Shown here: positions 12,501 to 24,084 of the stretch, piece after piece
Numbering within the stretch: position 1 is the stretch's first letter
How the letters are laid out: the number at the start of each line of letters is the position of its first letter
From: Anolis carolinensis
Lineage: Eukaryota
Assembly (NCBI RefSeq): GCF_035594765.1
Contig: NW_026943818.1
Location: forward strand, 124,001-188,000
Direction: 5' to 3'
Length of the DNA stretch: 64,000 bases
The notes under the pieces: model-generated
Database searches by the model: none
Told to the model about the DNA's origin: nothing
The model's input: the letters and a program-made list of their open reading frames with translations, nothing else
Program-made: the position numbers and the translations under genes

Positions 12501-15500
12501 GTGTACAATACTCTGATCCAACCACAAGGGGGCAGCATAGAAAGTAGGTAGACAGGATAGGTGCGTATGTAATGTATACAGAGGCTTAGATGCGGCCCCC
12601 CTTCCCGGGGTCCGCAACCTCCCTCTCCCGTTGCTCCCCCAGCCACGACAAGCACTTCTTCCTGAAGACCCAGAAGCGGCGGGAGATCCGCTTCATCCTG
12701 ACCAACCTGCCCAAGTACCTTGCGCACATGGAGAGATACCCGCACTCCCTCCTGGTCAAGTTCCTGGGTAAGGTTTGCCTGGACGGGAAGCCAGCCGGAC
12801 GGGCAGCAAGGCCTCCCTCTCCACGCTCACCCACCTCCTGCTCTCTTCCTCCTCACAGGCATCCACAGTATCATCATCCCTCAGCAAAAGAAGGTGAGTC
12901 CCCAACCCCCTGCCAAGAAGCAGGAAATCACATTCAAAGCACCCCGACAGATGGCCATCCAGCCGTTGAAAGGACAGGGAAGGAAACCAGCACCTTCTGG
13001 CTGCCCAGTCCATCCAGACGGGCCCTTTGTCCGTGTGATGGGGGACATTATCACCCTGGGAAGTGCTTCCATGCGGAGTCCATCTTCCAGATATGGTCAA
13101 CGGGGTCTTTAGAGCGGTTCCGATCTGCCTAGACATACAGTATGCGTGTCATTTCCCTCTCCAGAAGTACTTCATCATCATGCAAAGCATCTTCTACCCT
13201 CACGAGAGGATCTTGGAGAGGTGAGTGCCATCCACGTCGTTGCCCTTTTGATGATTAATATAAGTTGGAAGCAACTGCACATCCCTAAGGATTGCTTTAG
13301 TCAGTAAATGTCCATTGATCATTAGACTCCTGAGCATGCCTGTAAAATTCTATAATTGGAAGCCACCCCATTAGGGGGGTGGCTGTTCCTTACTCAGGGT
13401 GCAGGACCAATTCTAGGTAATTTTCAAGTGTAAGCAAACAGTATTTTCGGCGCTGAACCGGTGCTCCAGGCCCCGGCGTCTAACAGCGCTCCGAGCGGAT
13501 TTTGCGCCACCTGCCGTTGCTCTCCCAGCTTACAGCTTCAGCCGCCCCTGAGTGTGAGCTGACGTGGTCACCACTATTTTGGAAATTGTAAAGTGCTGAA
13601 ATTCAGATCTGCTGTCCTTCGGTTGTGCCCAAAGCAGACTTCCCCACATGTTAAAGACATGTCCTGAAGAGCTGCTCCTTGCAGCGGCCCTGTCCTTGCT
13701 CTCCTTCCCTTCCAGGTACGACATCAAGGGCTGCCAGGTCAACCGCTGGACAGACGCGGCCCCCGAAGGCAGCGAGGTCATCATGGTCTTCAAGGACCTC
13801 AACTTCGGGGACAAGACCATCTGGCTCGGTAGGCTGCCCGTCGCCCCGTGTGTTGTTCTTTCTCTTCCCCTTGAATCCCATGCCTTGAAAGCACACGCAT
13901 GCGCAGCCGGGCACTCGGCGCACGGCTTCCCTCTTCTCCTCTGTTGCAGATGAGCAGCGGTCCTGGTTTCTGCGCCAGGTGGAGCTGGACACCCAGTTCC
14001 TGAAGCGCCTGCACGTGATAGACTACAGCATCCTGGTGGGGATCCAGCCGCTCCGCGAGGACGAGCGCATCCTGAACAAGGCGCTGGTCAACATCATCGC
14101 CAGGACCACGATGTAAGCGTGAGTGTGTGCGGGTGGACAGGGTCCGCTTCTAGACCTCTGTCTCCAAACCTTTGCTCACCTTGGAGTTCCTTTAGAGCAG
14201 GGCATTTTGGACTCCAACTCCCACCATTCCCAACAGCCTTTTCCCCCTCAGCCGCTTAAGCATAGACAGGAACTTGGAAACGTGAACAGGAGACCGATCC
14301 TCATTAGCAACGTTGTCTCCTCTGAGATGCCTGAAGCCAAACCACTTAATTTATGCCCGTCCAGGCTCCCATGAGATCATGCCCAACACACCTGGACTTC
14401 AAGGTCTTATCTCGAATCCGCTGGGAAGACCTAGTTTGCTTGCTTTTCTTGCCCTGCATTCTCAAGTCTAATCTGCACTCCCTTGAAACCTCCTTGACGT
14501 TTTCGAGGAGGAAAAGGAAAGGGTCTGGGACTGTTAGGAATAGTGGGAGTTGGAAGGCCCAAGTTGGCCCATGCCTTTTCCCCCTTGGAACTGGACACTT
14601 CAGTCAATCAAGGGATCATCTACATACCCACGTTGTGGAAGTCCAAAACACCCACCCATGCCTGCTTTAGAGAATGAACACCAACACTTGATCACGCCAT
14701 ACGTACGAATCAGGTCCGACGTACGAATCAGGTCCGACGTACGAATCAGATCCAACGTACGAATCGGGTCCGACGTACGAATCGGGTCCGACGTACGAAT
14801 CAGATCTGACGTACGAATCTGGTCCGACGTACGAATCTGGTCCGACGTACGAATCAGGTCCGACGTACGAATCAGGTCCGACGTACAAATCAGGTCCGAC
14901 GTACGAATCAGGTCCGACGTACGAATCAGGTCCGACTTGCGAATCAGATCCGACGTGCGAGGCGCAAGTGAACCATTGCACAGCCCTCTCCCGTATCTTC
15001 TTCCCACAGGTCGATCAACCAGAGTCTGCGCAACCCCTCCATAATGACCCTGGACGGTGAAGGGACGGGCTCCATGACGTCCTTCATCCACCGGACCATC
15101 TCCAGCCTTGACCAGTTCTACAAGCTGTCCCCGGAGAGCAAGACCACCCTGCACACCCTGCTGGGGCTCTACCTGAAGCACCGGCCCAGCGTGGAGGTCG
15201 ACCTGGACCAGTCGCTAAAGAGCGAGACGCTGACACGCGACATCCTGACACCCTGCATCCACTACGATGCCAGCAGCGCCTCCGATGCGGAGGCCAGCAG
15301 CTCCACCCAACCCTTCGGTGCCACGGCGCCCAGCCGCATCACATGGGGCAACATCAGCCTCACCGACGCCCCTTTTGAGACGGACAGGAACCTGCGCCTG
15401 CTGCCCAACTCCCGCAACCCGCTCCACGTGGTGGACGGGCCCGAGGACCGCTACTTCCTGGGCATCATTGACTTCTTCACGGAGTATGGCTGCCGCAAGA

Positions 15501-15613
15501 AGCTGGAGAACATCTGGAAGAAGATCCGTTACGGGAGACAAAGCTTCTCCACGGTGCCACCGCGTACCTACGCCCGGCGGCTGTGCAAGTGGGTGGAAGA
15601 GCACACCGAGTGA
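9585..15613 (+). CDS. PIP5KL1: Phosphatidylinositol-4-phosphate 5-kinase-like 1 (~505 aa, 10 coding exons)
   Basis: Exons 9585-9599 (MSSLQ, least certain), 10144-10344, 11776-11826, 11921-12075, 12643-12767, 12859-12893, 13165-13220, 13716-13828, 13950-14112, 15010-15613, with consistent phases. PIPK motifs [34 protein letters not shown]; C-terminus [14 protein letters not shown]. Confidence 0.94.
10440..11510 (+). repeat. ~90-bp compound repeat with CTCF-like core and (TATG)n, PIP5KL1 intron 2
   Basis: About 12 copies of CCAC/GAAGAGGGCAGCA. Confidence 0.85.
12100..12545 (+). repeat. ~75-bp diverged repeat with the same CTCF-like core, PIP5KL1 intron 4
   Basis: Six copies of CCACAAGRGGGCAG at 12147, 12221, 12292, 12366, 12443, 12522. 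Confidence 0.8.
14701..14958. repeat. 18-bp CpG-rich minisatellite (~14 copies)
   Basis: (ACGTACGAATCAGGTCCG)n in PIP5KL1 intron 9. Confidence 0.92.
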
Positions 15614-16571
15614 AGGCCGGTCAGTCGGCCGGAGGGGAAGAGGCCCTGGGCGGGTGGGCAAGCGGGCGGTGGAGGGAGCCAGCCTCCATTGGCGCTGCCC
15701 CGTGCAACTTACAGGCCGGCAATCGATGCAGACAATGAACTGAAAGACTGGCAAAGGGAATGAACAAGGGGCGGACAGTTGCCGTGTCTGCGGTGGAAGC
15801 CCGCCGTTGCCCCCGACTCCGCCACAAGGTGGGAGACCCATAGGACAGTCTATGGGCAAATGGGGGGCGGATGAAGCCGAGCCATCCTGGGCTTTGGACC
15901 CAGCGGCACTGTATGTATTCGGAGACTCGCAAATATCCCAGGGTCGTGATCCTCAATACAAAAACGTTGGGTGTGTTTTGTACAGTGGAATCCAAGATCA
16001 CGGATCAGGAGGCATCCGAGAGCCCTCATGCCACGCAGTTCCAATGCACGGGCGGGGAATTGGGGGTGGAGAGAGGGATGTATGTTCTTCACCGAAGGAA
16101 TTAAAATGGCTTGCTATTATTGTTTTTAAAAAATACGGTTTGTTTGCACACGGTATGTTTTCGATTCTGAGAAACCCCCCAAAAGGCCTCCATCGGTCCC
16201 ATGACATCATTCCTCGCACACCTGCTTTTTCTCTCCTCTGAGAAAACCCAGTCTGTCTTGGCTTTACGTTCTGCCTCCTGATCTCAAGGCGACTGGATCT
16301 GGAGAAACGGTGGTCTCCCAATTCTCCTCCAAAGGCCGATTCCCATGGGAACTGAGACCACCCTGTTACCTGGGAACAGCCTGGAGAGTCCAAAACATTT
16401 CCCTCCCTGCTGTCTTTCACAGACTCCTTGGAAATTACAGGTTGCAACCCATCATCTATCCCTGTCCAGGGTGAAAGAAAGAAAGACAGAACCCTTGTCT
16501 GTTGGCGGCAAGTGTGGACGGTGCAGTCGGCCACCTTGATGAGCACTGCAGGAGTCTCCAGTGGCCTAGGG

Positions 16572-16657
16572 CAGAGGTCCCCAAACTTTTTAAACAGGGG
16601 GCCAGTCCACGATCCTTCGGACCGTTGGAGGGCTGGACTATAGTTGGCCACCAAGCA

Positions 16658-16715
<58 letters not shown>

Positions 16716-16842
16716 TAATACATCACACGGTCCTAGACACTTGGGAAGTGTTCGACTTGTGATTTTGTGATACAAAATCCAGCATATCTATCTTGTTTCC
16801 TGTGTCATACAATAAACTAATAATAATAATAATAAAATTAAC

Positions 16843-16893
<51 letters not shown>

Positions 16894-17120
16894 GAGGGTT
16901 GGAAGAGAGCCTTTGGGCCATTTAGTCCAACCCCCTTCTGCTTTTGTGCACTGAAAGCACAAGCAAAGCACCCCTGACAGATGGCCACCCAGCCTCAATG
17001 TTAATAATAATCATAATAATAAATACATCACACAGTCCTAGACACTTGGGAACGGTTTGACTTGTGATTTTGTGATACGAAATCCAGCATATCTATCTTG
17101 TTTGCTGTTTCATACAATAA

Positions 17121-17163
<43 letters not shown>

Positions 17164-17291
17164 GTTGTAAGAGAAGAAGAGGCCCCATGGGTCATTTAGT
17201 CCAACCCCCTTCTGCCCTTGTGCCATGGGGGCCGGATAAATAGCTTTGATGGGCCGCATCCGGCCCCCGGGCCTTAGTTTGGGGACCCTTG
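16572..17291. mobile_element. Non-autonomous hAT element inserted in a SINE
   Basis: TIRs CAGAGGTCCCCAAACT / AGTTTGGGGACCCTTG; 8-bp TSD GCCTAGGG. Confidence 0.85.
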
Positions 17292-17449
17292 GCCTAGGGG
17301 ATAAAAGCCTCCTGACTTGAAGGTTGGGTTGCTGACCTGAAGGCTGCCAGGTTCCAATCCCACCCGGGGAGAGTGTGGGTGAGCTCCCTCTCTCAGCTCC
17401 AGCTCCATGCAGGGACATGAGAGAAGCCTCCCACAGTTATTTACATCCA

Positions 17450-17908
17450 TCTATATATATAAATGAGTGATGGCATCACGGCAACCGGCAAAACAACAAA
17501 ACTACAGGCCCCTCCAACCTCGAAATTTGACAACACAACCCATCATCCATGCCTCTAGGTTGATAAAACAAAAAGAAAAGAAAAATAAAGTCCTAATTAA
17601 AGGGAAAGGAATAATTGTTTTTATCCAATTGCTGCCAGTTAGAGGGCTAATCTCTGCCCACTTGGTCTCCTAGCAACCAACTCAGCCCAGGGGACAGGCA
17701 GACTTAGGCCTCAATTAGGCCTCTTCCACAGATTATCTAATTTGCACTGGATTATATGGCAGTGTAGACTCAAGGCCCTTCCACACAGCTATATAACCCA
17801 TTTGTAATCTTATATTATCTGCTTTGCACTGGATTATCTTTACCTTAACTACCACCAATTTCTCAATACTTTATTTCGCCACAGCAACGCGTGGCCGGGC
17901 ACAGCTAG
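17450..17908 (+). mobile_element. Non-autonomous Helitron
   Basis: A|TC...hairpin-CTAG|T. Confidence 0.85.
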
Positions 17909-18677
17909 TTGCTATCTAATTTTAGGTCTCCCAACAGAAACGATCTTCTGACAGTCCTCTTGCAAGGACAAGAAAGATCCACCATAATCAGAGTCAGCCT
18001 TTTTATCCTGAAAGCTATCAAGAAAAGAGCACATTTCCTGAAAGAAGAATCGGGAAAATAAGATTTTGTCGGCAAACAGATGGTCAGCTGCCTGTCCTCC
18101 CATCCTTTTTGCCTTGTTTTTATTTAGAATGGCCATATGACTGGTCAAACAAATAAATTATTATTATTATTAAAACATCCGGGCAATGTCCCCTGGGCAA
18201 CGTCCTTGCAGACGGCCAATTCTCTCACACCAGAAGCAACTCGGGTTGCTCCTGACACGAAAAAAAAAAGCGCACTGCAGCTTCAGCGCCTGGCTGCTTC
18301 CTCCCTGGACATCATTCCATGGATATAGATAGAGTCCAGTGATGCGGCTTCTGTTGGAAGTCATGGAGAGCGCCTGACTCCCAATGGCAGCCCAGTGCCC
18401 CCTCCTTCCCTCCCTCCCTCCCTCCCCCAAAAGGGAAGGCCCGGACCCGCCCCTTCCCTTCCTCCCACGAGGCCTGNNNNNNNNNNNNNNNNNNNNNNNN
18501 NNNNNNNNNNNNNNNNNNNNNNNNNNNNNNNNNNNNNNNNNNNNNNNNNNNNNNNNNNNNNNNNNNNNNNNNNNNNNNNNNNNNNNNNNNNNNNNNNNNN
18601 NNNNNNNNNNNNNNNNNNNNNNNNNNNNNNNNNNCCGCTCTACACATCCCGCCATCCAGGCACCCCTCCCTCAGTGA

Positions 18678-18714
<37 letters not shown>

Positions 18715-20249
18715 ATCCCTGCTTGGTGGGAGGGNNNNNNNNNNNNNNNNNNNNNNNNNNNNNNNNNNNNNNNNNNNNNNNNNNNNNNNNNNNNNNNNNN
18801 NNNNNNNNNNNNNNNNNNNNNNNNNNNNNNNNNNNNNNNNNNNNNNNNNNNNNNNNNNNNNNNNNNNNNNNNNNNNNNNNNNNNNNNNNNNNNNNNNNNN
18901 NNNNNNNNNNNNNNNNNNNNNNNNNNNNNNNNNNNNNNNNNNNNNNNNNNNNNNNNNNNNNNNNNNNNNNNNNNNNNNNNNNNNNNNNNNNNNNNNNNNN
19001 NNNNNAGATAAAGAAGGAGGGAGGGAAGGAAGGAAGGAAGGGAAAGAAGGAGGGAGAGAAGGAAGGAAGAAGGGAGGGAGGGAGGAAGAGAAAGAAGGAG
19101 GGAGGACGGAAGGAAGGTGGGAGAGAGGGAAGGAGAGAGAGAAGGAAGAAGGAAAGAAGAAGGNNNNNNNNNNNNNNNNNNNNNNNNNNNNNNNNNNNNN
19201 NNNNNNNNNNNNNNNNNNNNNNNNNNNNNNNNNNNNNNNNNNNNNNNNNNNNNNNNNNNNNNNNNNNNNNNNNNNNNNNNNNNNNNNNNNNNNNNNNNNN
19301 NNNNNNNNNNNNNNNNNNNNNNNNNGAAGGGAGGGAAGGAGAAGGAAGGAAGGAAGGTGGGAGGGAGGGAGAGAAGGAAAGAAAGAGAAGGAAGGAGATA
19401 AAGATGGAGGGCTGTTCAGCAGTGGAACTCTCTTCCCCGGACTGTGGTGGAGGCTCTTTCCTTCTTTGGAGGCTTTTAAGCAGAGGCTGGGTGGCCATCT
19501 GTCGGGGGTGCTTTGAATGTAATTTCCTGCTTCTTGGCAGAATGGGGTTGGACTGGATGGCCCATGAGGTCTCTTCCAACTCTACTATTNNNNNNNNNNN
19601 NNNNNNNNNNNNNNNNNNNNNNNNNNNNNNNNNNNNNNNNNNNNNNNNNNNNNNNNNNNNNNNNNNNNNNNNNNNNNNNNNNNNNNNNNNNNNNNNNNNN
19701 NNNNNNNNNNNNNNNNNNNNNNNNNNNNNNNNNNNNNNNNNNNNNNNNNNNNNNNNNNNNNNNNNNNNNNNNNNNNNNNNNNNNNNNNNNNNNNNNNNNN
19801 NNNNNNNNNNNNNNNNNNAACATGAAAGAAGGCAGTCAAGCAAGTATCCAAACACAAAGATACACCGCTATGCAAGCTTCCAAAGCATCACCGACATCTT
19901 CGTCAAGCATTAAGTAATTAAAAGAGGGAACGTGGGGAGGCTGTTAGGGCCACAGACCTGAGACAGTTGAAACAACACAGGCTGCAGGGGGAGCGAGGAG
20001 GGCCAAGGGCGGCAACACAACTGCATATCTAGTAACAACAGCAACAAAATAAACATTCCTACTGAGACCTGATGGGCCCCGCCCTGTGCAAAGGGCACGG
20101 TTTCTGGATTTTGGACTCCATGTGCTGGAGGTGCGGTTTCTGGGGCCTCACTGAGGACTAGCTGCTTGAGCCGGCCTCCCTCTTGCTTCTCCTCCTCTGC
20201 AGGGTGTTGCTCCCCAAGGCGGATACATGGCTGAGAAGACCCCAAAAGG

Positions 20250-20681
20250 ATGCCGGTGCTTGTAAGTATTGTAAGTACGCCAGGCCTCAATCAGATGGGT
20301 TCTGGGTTGCTGCGAGAAGGCCATTGATTTAGAGAGACAGACTTTGTTTTGATTTCTTGTTAGTGTGGTGCTGCTCCGTGGGGTTTGTGAGACCCCCAAG
20401 GGCCACCCAGTCCAACCCAGCAGCGGGATTGTGTGGTTATGAGGCAGGCATGGGCGCAAACGTGGAGTGTTTTGGACTCCAACTCCCACCATCCCTAACA
20501 GCCGATCTATGCAACTCCAATGAATGTTATCAAAAGCCTTCTCTGCATCCAAGAACATCAACACTCCTTGCTGTTCTTTATACCGCTGCAGATATTTGTA
20601 TGTATATATTTTATCCTTTACAATTTTATCTTGTAAATTGCCTAGAGCATCATGGATGAAGGGCGATTAATAAGTAATTAA

Positions 20682-20718
<37 letters not shown>

Positions 20719-23700
20719 GATATTATCTGGCGGGCACGGGCAAACTTCGGCCCTCCCTCCCTCCAGTTGTTTTGGACATCAACTCCCACCATTCAGGCCA
20801 GGAATTGTGGGAGTTGGAGTCCAAAAACACCTGGCGGGAAGGCCAAAGTTTGCCCATGCCCAAGCTGCATTCTTGTACATGCTGGAAACCGCCCTGAGTC
20901 TTCTCGAGGAGATGGAGCAGTATATAAACAAAAGATTATTATTATTCTATAATTAATATTATTCTCCTCACAGGGTTGTTGTTGCAACGTGTAAACATTC
21001 CCCCCTCTCTCTCTCCATGAAGTTTCTTTGCCCGCTATGAGTGGCGACAGGCCTTAAACCAATTACGCTGCCGGTGGGAAGCCTCTTAAAAGCACACCGC
21101 GCTAAATCCATATCCACTTAGACCGCGCAGGGGTGTTTTGCAAACTAATTGGGCAGGAAGAGGATGGGTGTGGGCCGCTGGCGGGTCTGCCGAGCATTGT
21201 TTTGGGAGAGGAATGGCTGGAAAATAGATCAAGTGTCGTCCGCAGGTTTGCACATATACTCCAGAACCCATCGGCAGCCATGCGCGTCCCTCCCTCACTA
21301 TGCGCTGCTGGGATGCTTTGGAACAAACCTACACCTGGTTTAAAACAAGGCGGGCACGTAGAAGTAAAAGAGAGTTTCACCTATGCTGACGATTGTGCCA
21401 TCACCGCCCAAGCAGAGAGCTGTGAAATGGTTGAACAGAAGCTTGAGGTGCTCTTACTGCCTATTACAGAGTTTCACCTATGCAGACGATCTTGCCAAGC
21501 AGAGAGCTGTGAAATGGTTGAACAGAAGCTTGAGGTGCTCTTACTGCCTATTACAGAGTTTCACCTATGCAGACGATCTTGCCAAGCAGGGAGCTGTGAA
21601 ATGGTTGAACAGAAGCTTGAGGTGCTCTTACTGCCTATTACAGAGTTTCACCTATGCAGACGATCTTGCCAAGCAGAGAGCTGTGAAATGGTTGAACAGA
21701 AGCTTGAGGTGCTCTTACTGCCTATTACAGAGTTTCACCTATGCAGACGATCTTGCCAAGCAGAGAGCTGTGAAATGGTTGAACAGAAGCTTGAGGTGCT
21801 CTTACTGCCTATTACAGAGTTTCACCTATGCAGACGATCTTGCCAAGCAGGGAGCTGTGAAATGGTTGAACAGAAGCTTGAGGTGCTCTTACTGCCTATT
21901 ACAGAGTTTCACCTATGCAGACGATCTTGCCAAGCAGAGAGCTGTGAAATGGTTGAACAGAAGCTTGAGGTGCTCTTACTGCCTATTACAGAGTTTCACC
22001 TATGCAGACGATCTTGCCAAGCAGGGAGCTGTGAAATGGTTGAACAGAAGCTTGAGGTGCTCTTACTGCCTATTACAGAGTTTCACCTATGCAGACGATC
22101 TTGCCAAGCAGAGAGCTGTGAAATGGTTGAACAGAAGCTTGAGGTGCTCTTACTGCCTATTACAGAGTTTCACCTATGCAGACGATCTTGCCAAGCAGGG
22201 AGCTGTGAAATGGTTGAACAGAAGCTTGAGGTGCTCTTACTGCCTATTACAGAGTTTCACCTATGCAGATGATCTTGCCAAGCAGGGAGCTGTGAAATGG
22301 TTGAACAGAAGCTCTCCGAAGCTTGAGGTGCTCTTACTGTTTGTTGGGATGAGAGAATAGTCTGCCTCTTGTCTCTCCCAACACAAAGTCCCATTAGACT
22401 TGTCCTCCTGGGTGGTCCATCTCCCTTCCTTCTTTTCTCTCTTTCAGCCTCGTGTCTTCTTCACCCTGGTTGCGTTGTCAGCCGGCTCCTTCCTCTACGT
22501 CCTGCTCTGCCCGCGCTTCTGCGTCCCCTTGTGTTGGCTCAGCTGCCGGCGCCTGGAAGAGGAAGGACGGGAGGGACGGTTGCTGCCGGAGGCGCCTTCG
22601 GATGCCCAGTTTGCGGGTTACATCAGCGTTCCAGAAGGGAAGGTGAGTCTGCCGCAGCGGCAGGAATGTTGGCCACTCGATCCACAGACACGGCATGGCC
22701 CGGTCCTGGGGTGTCCTTCATGGCTTAGTCACATCCCATCCAGGTGACTGTCAGGCTGCCTCTGAAGAGTGGGCAGAAACTCCATCTGGTCTAAAGAGGT
22801 TGCTCACTGGGGTGAAGAATGAGCTGGGCTTCATGGTCGGGTGCTCACCCCAACCGGGCTTCGAACTAGGTAGATCTTATTACATCTCCCGTTCTCTCCG
22901 TCCAGCCCTTGGCCCGCGCGCCATGCCGCCACTGCGCAGTGGTCTCCAGCTCCGGGCAGATGCTGGGCTCCCGCTCGGGGAAGGAGATTGACGCCAAGGA
23001 GTGCGTCCTGCGCATGAACCAGGCCCCGACGCAGGGCTTCGAGGAGGACGTGGGCGGGCGCAGCACCGTCCGGGTGGTCTCCCACACCAGCATCCCCCTC
23101 CTGCTGAGGAACCAGTCCTACTTCTTCGCCCGCTCGCGGGACACCCTCTACGTGGTCTGGGGCCCCCCCAGGCTGATGAGCCGGGAGAAGACCGGCCTGG
23201 TCTACAGGGCCCTCCTGAAGGTCAAGGAGATGTACCCCAGCCTCCGCCTCTACACGCTGACCGAGGAGATGATGGCACACTGCGATGCGCTCTTCCAGAT
23301 GGAAACCGGGAAGGACAGGTGAGGGAACGGCTAGAGAAGACACAGGATAGAGGTTGGGCTGGACTCCCCTCTCGCTTTCCCCCTGAGAATGCTGCTGCCG
23401 TAATAACTCCACGCTCGTATGGAATGAATGACGTGGTAGGGGGACAAGTTCTCTTTGCTGCAGGAGTCAGATTATGGAAGCCAAGTACTCGTTCCTGTTT
23501 CTCTACTCGCATTTGTTTTCGAACCGCTAGGTAGGCAGAAGCTGGGCTAAAGGTCAGGAGCTCACCCCGACCTGGGCTTTTGGTTGGCAAGTCCCATCCC
23601 TGCAGTGGGAATGTGGCTCTTCTCCCGCACGCACGGCTGACGCTTGTCTCGTCTCTCAAATTGGCAGGATGAAGTCCGGCTCGTTCCTCAGCACCGGCTG

Positions 23701-24063
23701 GTTCACCATGGTCCTGGCCATGGAGTTGTGCGAGCAGATCTTCGTCTTCGGCATGGTCAGCGAAAGCTACTGCAGGTACGTCCGGGACAGGGAGGGAGGA
23801 GCTGTGGGATAGATTCGTGAAATGGTGACGAAGCGCACGCCTTTGAAAAGGAAGTGTCTTCTTTGATTGGCAGGAACCAGAGCCAACCTCCCGTGCCTTA
23901 CCACTATTTCGAGAAGGGGCGGCTGGACGAGTGCAGGATGTACCTGGCGCACGAACGGGCCCCGCGGGGCGGGCACCGCTTCATCACGGAGAAGGCGGTC
24001 TTTTCCCGCTGGGCAAAGAAGAGGAACATCGTCTTCACGCATCCCTCGTGGCCAGAGGGGTAG
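20250..24063 (+). CDS. ST6GALNAC4: Alpha-N-acetylgalactosaminide alpha-2,6-sialyltransferase 4 (~305 aa, 5 coding exons)
   Basis: Exons 20250-20261 (MPVL, inferred), 22448-22642 (TM), 22906-23318 (sialylmotif L CAVVSSSG..RMNQAP..DVG), 23668-23775 (sialylmotif S STGWFTM), 23874-24063 (PYHYFEKGRLDEC, HRFITEK). Confidence 0.94.
21371..22340 (+). repeat. 87-bp minisatellite (~11 copies) from a Vingi/Ingi-like RT YADD region
   Basis: The first unit reads [25 protein letters not shown]; the period is 87 bp. Confidence 0.88.
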
Positions 24064-24084
24064 CAAGGTCCACTCCTGCAGAAT

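Noticed and set aside
18170-19917. ORFs spanning N-runs
   Set aside because: These span assembly gaps. The ST6GALNAC4 promoter or first exon may lie here but cannot be read.
21133-22360. 379-aa and 325-aa ORFs containing YADD
   Set aside because: They come from an 87-bp repeat of a short RT fragment; no other RT motifs are present, so this is not a functional RT.
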